From an uncultured Gammaproteobacteria bacterium (GTDB lineage Bacteria; Patescibacteriota; Patescibacteriia; UBA1558; S5-K13), in assembly GCA_964424195.1 (NCBI GenBank), contig CAYRHT010000005.1:8864-72863 (forward strand): a stretch of DNA of 64,000 bases. The letters run 5' to 3'. The position numbers and the translations under genes are program-made. The notes beneath the pieces were generated by a model, which searched no databases, was not told the origin of the DNA, and was given only the letters and a program-made list of their open reading frames with translations. Position 1 is the first letter of the stretch. Each line of letters opens with the position of its first letter. Positions 57,832 through 64,000 of this stretch are shown here, piece by piece.

Positions 57832-58143
57832 ATGTCTGAAGAAAATAAAATTAATCAACCCGTAGAAGATGTATTTTCAAATGTAAATGAAGCTCCTAAT
57901 TCTGTGACCCCAGTTTCTCCAGAACCAGAAGAGAAGGCTCAAGAAAGCATTGATATTTCAGAAGCCTCTCTAGGACAAACAGCTCCGATAGATGCAAAGC
58001 AGAAGAATGAAGCCATTGGAGAACCTCAGGTTTATCAGGGAGTAAAAGAAGAAGGATTTAAAATGGGTAAAATCCTATTTTACTTAATCTTATCCTTAAT
58101 TGTTGTCCTCGGAGCTTTTGCAATTTGGGCTTTGGTTTTTTAA
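57832..58143 (+). CDS. hypothetical protein with C-terminal TM anchor
   Basis: ILFYLILSLIVVLGAFAIWALVF. Confidence 0.4.
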   Translation: MSEENKINQPVEDVFSNVNEAPNSVTPVSPEPEEKAQESIDISEASLGQTAPIDAKQKNEAIGEPQVYQGVKEEGFKMGKILFYLILSLIVVLGAFAIWALVF

Positions 58144-58146
58144 AAT

Positions 58147-58174
58147 TTGACAGCTCTAGTTCTTAAGCTATAAT
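58147..58174 (+). promoter_or_regulatory. near-consensus sigma-70 promoter TTGACA-16-TATAAT with no downstream ORF
   Basis: read directly. Confidence 0.5.
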
Positions 58175-58180
58175 TAAAGA

Positions 58181-58250
58181 TGATATTTTTCTATTCGTTA
58201 GTGGTCTTATCTAAACCGTAGGACTGGGATAGAAGATATCATCTTTTTCT
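58181..58250 (+). ncRNA. candidate small RNA: long imperfect hairpin (11-bp perfect stem aaagatgatat/atatcatcttt plus second stem segment) followed by U-run
   Basis: directly downstream of the orphan promoter; no coding potential. Confidence 0.3.
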
Positions 58251-58394
58251 TCCCTCGCTTATCTGTCTTAGTAGTTAGTTTAAATTAACTATTAGGATAG
58301 GTATGTGGGGGAAGATTTTTTTCGTATAGATTTCTAATTTCATCTTCTAATTGTTGATGGTTAGATAGTTTTTTAAATATTTTAAACATAATTA

Positions 58395-58937
58395 TTATTT
58401 TTTAATTTTAAATCCAATTTCTTTATTTAAAGGAAGGGGTTTTTCTTGAATTAATTTTTTAATTACTTGAAATATGGTTTTAAATTTTTGATCGTATTCA
58501 GTTTCAATTTTCTCAATTTTCTTTCTTAATTCTTTATGAGTTAGAAGGATTTCTCTTAATTTGGTAAATGTTCTAATAATTTGAATATTTACTTGGATGG
58601 CTTTTTTGTTTTTAAGAACAGAAGATAACATAGCCACTCCTTGCTCTGTAAATACATAAGGTAGGTACCGAGATCCACCTCTCTTTGAGGTCACAATTTG
58701 TGACCTCAAAGAGAGGTCTTGATTTAGAATTCTCGCTTTCCAGTTTTTAAATTCTGCCTCAGTTAATTCAAACATAAAATCCTTTGGAAAACGTCCCATA
58801 TTTCTTTTTACCTGTTGTTTTAAAATTTTGGTTTCCACTCCATAAAGTCTTGCTAAATATTTATCAAACATTACTTTTTTACTCCGAATAAAAAATATTT
58901 TATTAATAATTTTTTCAGAGGTAATTAAATTTTTCAT
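58395..58937 (-). CDS. ORF6N-domain (KilA-N-related) DNA-binding protein
   Basis: IRSKKVMFDKYLARLYGVETKILKQQVKRNMGRFPKDFMFELT...SQIVTSKRGGSRYLPYVFTEQGVAMLSSVL matches the ORF6N conserved block. Confidence 0.75.
   Translation of the reverse strand: MKNLITSEKIINKIFFIRSKKVMFDKYLARLYGVETKILKQQVKRNMGRFPKDFMFELTEAEFKNWKARILNQDLSLRSQIVTSKRGGSRYLPYVFTEQGVAMLSSVLKNKKAIQVNIQIIRTFTKLREILLTHKELRKKIEKIETEYDQKFKTIFQVIKKLIQEKPLPLNKEIGFKIKK
58677..58717. repeat. 41-bp perfect palindrome (20-bp arms, 1-nt centre) inside the ORF6N coding sequence
   Basis: acctctctttgaggtcacaa-t-ttgtgacctcaaagagaggt verified base by base. Confidence 0.9.
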
Positions 58938-58938
58938 A

Positions 58939-61629
58939 TTATTTTTTTAGTAATTGAATAAACTTATTTTTAAATATAAAACCAAGACTAGTGACTAATC
59001 CTGAGCCTAAGAGTAAATTAGTTGTATCAGTTTTTTTCTTACTCTCATCCAAATTAATTATTTCAGTTTCTGTATTTAAATTTGATATTAGCTCTTCTTC
59101 TTTTTCTCCTAGAATTTCTGATTTTATCAAATCATTTTGATTTCGAGGGATAAGTATTAGATCATCGTTATACTGAGTTAAAAAACCATTAATTGTTACA
59201 AAATCATCCTTGGAGAATTCGTCTAGTTTGATCTTAGAACTATTAATTTTGATTTTTAATTCTTCTTCATTGTCTATGATATAGAAACTCTTTTTATTTA
59301 ATTTACTTATTTGACCATTTGTAGATATGAAAGAGTTAATAATATCTTCATTTATTTCTTCTATATAATATTCAGTTAAATCAAGGGGAATCTTAGGTTT
59401 AATAATATTAATATCATTAGGGCTCATTATTTTTATTCGAGAATAGTTTTTTAAGTGATTAATCTTACCTTTAACTTGAATCAAGTCTCCATAGTTTAAT
59501 GAAGGCCACTTATTATTTAGATAAATCGCTATACATTCATTTAAATCACTTAATTCATAGTTTATATCGTAATAACAGATATGAGCTGTATTTTTATATA
59601 TTTCATTTGCTAAAGTAATTACAATACCACTAACTAGAATTTCTTTATTTTTTTCTAAATCTGAAATCTCTTCTATTTCTATAAATCCAGTCTCTAGATT
59701 CAAATCTTCATCTTCTAACTTTTCTTCATTTAATCTGAAGATATTTGTTTCATTCGGAGTTTGATTGTCTGTCCAAAAATACTCATTATTAATTTCATCG
59801 TAAGCATAGGATTGTCCCTCAAAGCTTTTGGAATAAGAGAGGCTATTAATTAAATTATTCTGGCAATCAAAGAGTTCTAATTCTTCATTAGAATTATTAA
59901 GGGTGATTTTTGACTCTTCTTTCTTAATTAGTAAATAATTATTAGCTTTAATAGTCTTTTCCATTTTAAAAGAAGAGCTAGCATCATTGATAGTCCAATT
60001 ATTTAAATTAATGTCTTGATTATTTGGGTTATATAATTCTATCCATTCCAGATCATCAGATCCTTCAGGATTAGGTAAAACTTCGTTGATGATGATATTT
60101 TTGTTAGTTGATGAACAAAGTCCATCTGTCTCTTCTGATGATTCTTCTGAACCTTCTGTGGAATTTATGATGTAGAGATAAATAATTGTTTCATCTTCTA
60201 ATTCAGATTCATTAATGACTTTTAATTTAATTTCTTTTAATCCTACAGTAGTAAAAGTAATTTTGAATTCCTCTTCATCATCTTGAAAGGAATTATTAAG
60301 GTACCATTTGTATTCTAAATCTTGATTATTAGGATCTTCTGAATTATTAGCGCTTAGAATAATTTCTTGATTAGTATTTAATTCATTACTAATTAGATTA
60401 ATGATGGCAACTGGAGGAACAAGAGGTTCTTTTTCATTTTCATAACCTTTAGTTAAAAGAGAGGTTTGTTCCCATTGATTATTAAATCTAGCCCAAGAAT
60501 AGTTTTCTTTAGAAGTAGTATAATTTACTTCATCTATTTTCTCACTAAGATTATTAAATAGTGAGATTGTCTCTTCAGAATTGTTTAAAGATATTCCAGA
60601 AATAGATCTTTCCAAGACAAGGTAATTATTAATAGTATCGTCTGAAAAAGTATATCTATTTCCAGAAGCATCTTCTAGATAACAATCTTTTAAATTAACA
60701 TTGTCATTATTCTCATTTTTTAATTCAATCCATTCAGCATCATCACTTCCAGTTGGATTTGGCAATAATTCATTAATGATAATATTATTTATTGGTATAG
60801 GAAGAGGATCATTTATTTCCTCCTCCTCTATAGTTACTATTAAAGAATCAGTACTAGAAGTCTTTCCGTCACTGACTGTTAGAAAAATAGTATAAGTTCC
60901 TATTTGGGGAAATTGATAACTAGCTATTTCTAAGCTAGAAGTAGCTAATTCATTAAAATTCCATAGGAAACTTATTTCATCACCGTTTGGGTCATAGGAT
61001 GCACTAGCATCAAATAATATTTCTTCATTCGTGTAAGTATTTATATCCTCACCAGCTATAGCGACAGGAGCTTGGTTTAGGGGAGGAGTACTAGATTCAT
61101 TTCCTGGTGTTCCGTTGATGATATAGCTCTCTTGCCAATTATTTTCAAGGCTATAAATGTTTATTTTTTCTAAAGTTTTTCCATTACCATTAGCACCTAA
61201 ATTAGAATCATAAGTAAATTCATTTATTAATTGATCATTATTCAATAATTGAAGAGTGTCAGTAGAATTATTTAAGCTCAGGGAAGATTCAAATATTGTT
61301 CCATCAAAGTTTTGATAATTATTTAAAAAAGTTTGAACATCAGCCGTGATGATAAAGAAAGTAGTATCGGCTATTTGATTATCTCCTTGGTAAAGATTTA
61401 GTAAGTGATTAGATCCATCATTAAATCTCCAATTAGAATTAATCTCTATTGTGGAAGTTGATAAATTAAATACTTCTACCCATTCTTGATTAGTATCTGT
61501 TCCTTCGGGGTTATACATTATTTCAGTAAAGATTAAATCTTCAGCCTGAGCTGTGTTAATGAATATTAGAACTACAAAAAATATAATAGATATTATAGTA
61601 ATGTAGAAATTTTGATATTTTAAATACAT
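58939..61629 (-). CDS. large cell-surface protein with three lamin-tail-domain (LTD) repeats, a PKD-like segment and C-terminal TM anchor
   Basis: N-terminal TM/signal; LTD signatures IFTEIMYNPEGTDTNQEWVEVFN, IIINELLPNPTGSDDAEWIELKN, IIINEVLPNPEGSDDLEWIELYN. Confidence 0.7.
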   Translation of the reverse strand: MYLKYQNFYITIISIIFFVVLIFINTAQAEDLIFTEIMYNPEGTDTNQEWVEVFNLSTSTIEINSNWRFNDGSNHLLNLYQGDNQIADTTFFIITADVQTFLNNYQNFDGTIFESSLSLNNSTDTLQLLNNDQLINEFTYDSNLGANGNGKTLEKINIYSLENNWQESYIINGTPGNESSTPPLNQAPVAIAGEDINTYTNEEILFDASASYDPNGDEISFLWNFNELATSSLEIASYQFPQIGTYTIFLTVSDGKTSSTDSLIVTIEEEEINDPLPIPINNIIINELLPNPTGSDDAEWIELKNENNDNVNLKDCYLEDASGNRYTFSDDTINNYLVLERSISGISLNNSEETISLFNNLSEKIDEVNYTTSKENYSWARFNNQWEQTSLLTKGYENEKEPLVPPVAIINLISNELNTNQEIILSANNSEDPNNQDLEYKWYLNNSFQDDEEEFKITFTTVGLKEIKLKVINESELEDETIIYLYIINSTEGSEESSEETDGLCSSTNKNIIINEVLPNPEGSDDLEWIELYNPNNQDINLNNWTINDASSSFKMEKTIKANNYLLIKKEESKITLNNSNEELELFDCQNNLINSLSYSKSFEGQSYAYDEINNEYFWTDNQTPNETNIFRLNEEKLEDEDLNLETGFIEIEEISDLEKNKEILVSGIVITLANEIYKNTAHICYYDINYELSDLNECIAIYLNNKWPSLNYGDLIQVKGKINHLKNYSRIKIMSPNDINIIKPKIPLDLTEYYIEEINEDIINSFISTNGQISKLNKKSFYIIDNEEELKIKINSSKIKLDEFSKDDFVTINGFLTQYNDDLILIPRNQNDLIKSEILGEKEEELISNLNTETEIINLDESKKKTDTTNLLLGSGLVTSLGFIFKNKFIQLLKK

Positions 61630-61710
61630 ATATTTATATATAAGTTATATATAAGGGCACTGTTTTGATGAGTGGTCGCGAACACCAAAACAGTGCCAGC
61701 TTATAACTAG

Positions 61711-62103
61711 TTATTTTTCCTCCTCAATGACTACTTCCTCGACTGCCATTTCTTTATTACTCTCTTCTTTTTTCTTTCCACCCAACATAATCATCTCTTT
61801 AACAACAACTTCGGTCTTATAATGTTTAACTTTTTTGTCATCATCCCAAGTTCTAGTTTGTAATCTTCCTTCAATATATACCTTGTCACCTTTTTTCATA
61901 TACTTTTCGGTAATATCAGCCAAACTTCTCCAGAAAACTAAGTTATGAAATTCAACTCTATTTTCTGTTTTCTTAGTTTTGGAATTTTTCCAAAAAAGAT
62001 TTGTAGCTAGTCCGCAATAAGCTACACTTATTCCAGAATCTAACTTTTTGTTAACTGGGTCATTAGTTAAACGCCCAATTAAGATTACTTTGTTTACGTC
62101 CAT
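61711..62103 (-). CDS. ssb: single-stranded DNA-binding protein
   Basis: MDVNKVILIGRLTNDP...FHNLVFWRSLAD...VYIEGRLQTRTW OB-fold signature. Confidence 0.9.
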   Translation of the reverse strand: MDVNKVILIGRLTNDPVNKKLDSGISVAYCGLATNLFWKNSKTKKTENRVEFHNLVFWRSLADITEKYMKKGDKVYIEGRLQTRTWDDDKKVKHYKTEVVVKEMIMLGGKKKEESNKEMAVEEVVIEEEK

Positions 62104-62142
62104 TTTTTTCTGATTATTTATTAAACTTGGATTTAAGAAGTG

Positions 62143-62170
62143 TTGACTTTTGAATTATTTAACCTATAAT
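62143..62170 (+). promoter_or_regulatory. near-consensus promoter TTGACT-16-TATAAT on plus strand with no downstream ORF
   Basis: read directly. Confidence 0.5.
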
Positions 62171-62176
62171 CAAAAC

Positions 62177-62353
62177 GAGGCTAAAGTCTACTCTTCAGAG
62201 TAGAGTCTACGCTTCATAAATCGCTTTTCTCCAAATTCCTCCGCAAGGAGGTTTTTGGTTTCTCAAACTGCTTTTCAATTAGTTTGAGATATATTAATGC
62301 ATTAATCCCCATAACAAAAGACACCTTTATCTAATAGATGTCTTTTTGTTTTT
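62177..62353 (+). ncRNA. candidate ~180-nt structured small RNA ending in terminator (aaagaca...tgtcttt + T-run)
   Basis: internal hairpins ctactct-tcag-agtagag, cctcc-gcaa-ggagg (GNRA loop), ctcaaact...agtttgag; no ORF. Confidence 0.3.
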
Positions 62354-62535
62354 ATATTTGTTTTAAGCTATTTTTGGCTTTTTTAGGGCTTTTTATTTTT
62401 ATAAACCGACGGCTCTATATTTATAGACGGCTCTTTTTTCTTATATATCCATCTTACTACTTTCATTTTTTTAGTCAATAGAATATTTTAGACAAAACAA
62501 AAAGCCAATAAATATCTTATCGGCTTTTATATTGT

Positions 62536-62850
62536 TTAAGCAATCTGATTTGTTTCAATCTGAGAACTTAAGTTTTTAAATTTGTTTTTAGTTGCTCTGT
62601 TTGTCCCTGTCCATGAGACATTTCCTTTCCTCATGTAATAGTCCCATAGTTCTGTAGGAATCTCTAAAGGTTTGTTCTCTTCATTTAGAGCTAGGGTTAA
62701 TTGATTTGTGTTAACTCTTCTTCCTGCTACACCCATTTCTAATTGAATAGCTACAATAAGAGAATCATTTTTTATGGGAGTAATCACTAATCCTCTCATG
62801 CCACTATGAATGTTTACCATTTTTCCGGGAACTATTTTTTCCGCGATCAT
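62536..62850 (-). CDS. hypothetical protein (104 aa)
   Basis: ORF only. Confidence 0.35.
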   Translation of the reverse strand: MIAEKIVPGKMVNIHSGMRGLVITPIKNDSLIVAIQLEMGVAGRRVNTNQLTLALNEENKPLEIPTELWDYYMRKGNVSWTGTNRATKNKFKNLSSQIETNQIA

Positions 62851-62852
62851 TT

Positions 62853-63101
62853 CTATGACCCCACTTCTGAGAATGTAAATTCTTCGATATTGAAAGATAT
62901 GTCAGGCCACTCTAACTTGTTATTAGAAAAGATGATTGATTTTTCTTTCTCTTCTTTAACCACGAATTCTTCATCACAACCACAAATGGCTTTAAATTCT
63001 TTGAAGCCACCATTTTCAAGTTCTTTTTTAATTTTCATTTTAATGTGATTTGGAATTGGTGAACGACCCAAAGCTACGTTACAATGCATTTTTATACACA
63101 T
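62853..63101 (-). CDS. hypothetical protein (82 aa), abuts next ORF in a different frame
   Basis: ORF only. Confidence 0.3.
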   Translation of the reverse strand: MCIKMHCNVALGRSPIPNHIKMKIKKELENGGFKEFKAICGCDEEFVVKEEKEKSIIFSNNKLEWPDISFNIEEFTFSEVGS

Positions 63102-63215
63102 TTTACTTCCTCCTTTATTTTACTCACTGTCTAATGAGCATTGTTTTGAATGTTTGAATGGTAAATAAAAAAATCCAGAACAATTGTCACTAAACTTACC
63201 TAATACTGTATACTA

Positions 63216-63857
63216 TTATTTCTTTCTTGTCAATACCTGAAGATAATGCTTCATTTTAGATTTAAATATGAGCAAAAGAACTACTAAGACTAGTAGTAAT
63301 ATTAAATAAATAATAGATTTATAACTTTCAAATTTTAAATTATGTCCAAAATAATATCCTAGACTTTGCCAGAGCAGAGCCCAAATAAATATACCACTAA
63401 AAGTATAAGAAGCGAAGATATGGTGAGGCATTTTAATCATGCCAGCTGGTAAAGAAATAATTGATCTGATTACTGGAACACAACGAAATATTCCAATCCA
63501 TTTAGCTTCATTATTATTAAATTTATTAGTTAGGAATGTAAAAGTTTTTTCTTCGGGAATTAGTTTAACAATCAATTTGTATTTATTCTTTAAAACTAAT
63601 TTATTTCTAAAATTAATTAACCATTGGTAACCAATCCAAGTCCCAACAAAGTAAACAAGATATGTACCTATAAAATTTCCTAGAGTTCCTACTATTAGGA
63701 TATAGAAGAAATTAATTCCAGAGGCATAGGCTATGACACCGGCTAGGGATAATATTAATTCACTGGGAGGCATTCCAATTAATCCATTAAAAAACATGAA
63801 CCAGAAGATGGCTAGGACACCGTAGTTTTCTATAAATATTTTTATAAGTTCAGACAT
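63216..63857 (-). CDS. DedA/TVP38-family membrane protein
   Basis: FWFMFFNGLIGMPPSELILSLAGVIAY region and topology typical of DedA. Confidence 0.65.
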   Translation of the reverse strand: MSELIKIFIENYGVLAIFWFMFFNGLIGMPPSELILSLAGVIAYASGINFFYILIVGTLGNFIGTYLVYFVGTWIGYQWLINFRNKLVLKNKYKLIVKLIPEEKTFTFLTNKFNNNEAKWIGIFRCVPVIRSIISLPAGMIKMPHHIFASYTFSGIFIWALLWQSLGYYFGHNLKFESYKSIIYLILLLVLVVLLLIFKSKMKHYLQVLTRKK

Positions 63858-63960
63858 ATATGTTTGATTATATCTATCTAATTATCTCTGATACATTTTT
63901 CTCTGTCAATGCACTTGAAAAATAAATAAAAATATGTATAATAGTATGTATGCACAGCAT

Positions 63961-64000
63961 GCTGAAGTGGCGGAATTGGTATACGCGATGGACTTAAAAT
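63961..64000 (+). tRNA. 5' portion of tRNA-Leu (anticodon TAA), truncated by window end
   Basis: gctgaag-tg-gcggaattggtatacgcg-atgga-ctTAAaat: acceptor 5' strand, long D-loop and anticodon loop typical of tRNA-Leu. Confidence 0.65.

Noticed and set aside
58677-58717. Palindrome as an amplification or assembly foldback chimera
   Set aside because: The reading frame is continuous through it and encodes the conserved ORF6N motif. Kept as a finding, but the artefact cannot be fully excluded without reads.
62401-62440. Direct repeat gacggctct ... gacggctct near a T-run
   Set aside because: Only 9 bp, not an inverted repeat, no associated feature. Probably chance.
1-64000. CRISPR array or cas genes
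   Set aside because: No regularly spaced short direct repeats and no Cas-like ORFs were found. The repeats present are intragenic protein-repeat duplications or terminators.

Overview
AT-rich (roughly one-third GC by eye), densely coding ~64 kb bacterial chromosomal fragment with genes on both strands. The gene content suggests a small-genome anaerobe, possibly CPR/Patescibacteria-like: desulfoferrodoxin/rubrerythrin/ferritin under a PerR-like repressor, arginine deiminase plus argG/argH, glycolytic fba/pfkA, many secreted or membrane-anchored repeat proteins (FG-GAP, DKNYY, lamin-tail-domain). Housekeeping genes I can support are corA, typA/bipA, a UvrD-like helicase, fba, pfkA, trxA, gdh, uvrA, argG, argH, argS, fpg/mutM and ssb. 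Also supported are an EndoQ-like PHP nuclease and an ECF sigma/anti-sigma pair. RNA genes are tRNA-Arg(TCT), tRNA-His(GTG) with encoded G-1 and CCA, a truncated tandem copy of the tRNA-His 5' part, and the 5' part of a tRNA-Leu(TAA) at the window edge. A T-box leader precedes argG-argH. The most notable region is an ~9 kb integrated element (about 31.1-40.1 kb) inserted at the 3' end of tRNA-His and closed by a 16-nt direct repeat of the tRNA 3' end. It carries a large serine recombinase, an XRE/ImmA regulatory pair with a palindromic operator, a macro-domain protein, a secreted thermonuclease and several zinc-ribbon-rich proteins of unknown function. These cargo proteins are the best candidate here for an undescribed system. 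Other items worth a second look: a helicase plus exonuclease-WYL fusion pair, two orphan near-consensus promoters that drive ORF-less structured transcripts (sRNA candidates), a 41-bp perfect palindrome inside an ORF6N-family gene, and two recent intragenic duplications. No CRISPR array or rRNA was seen.
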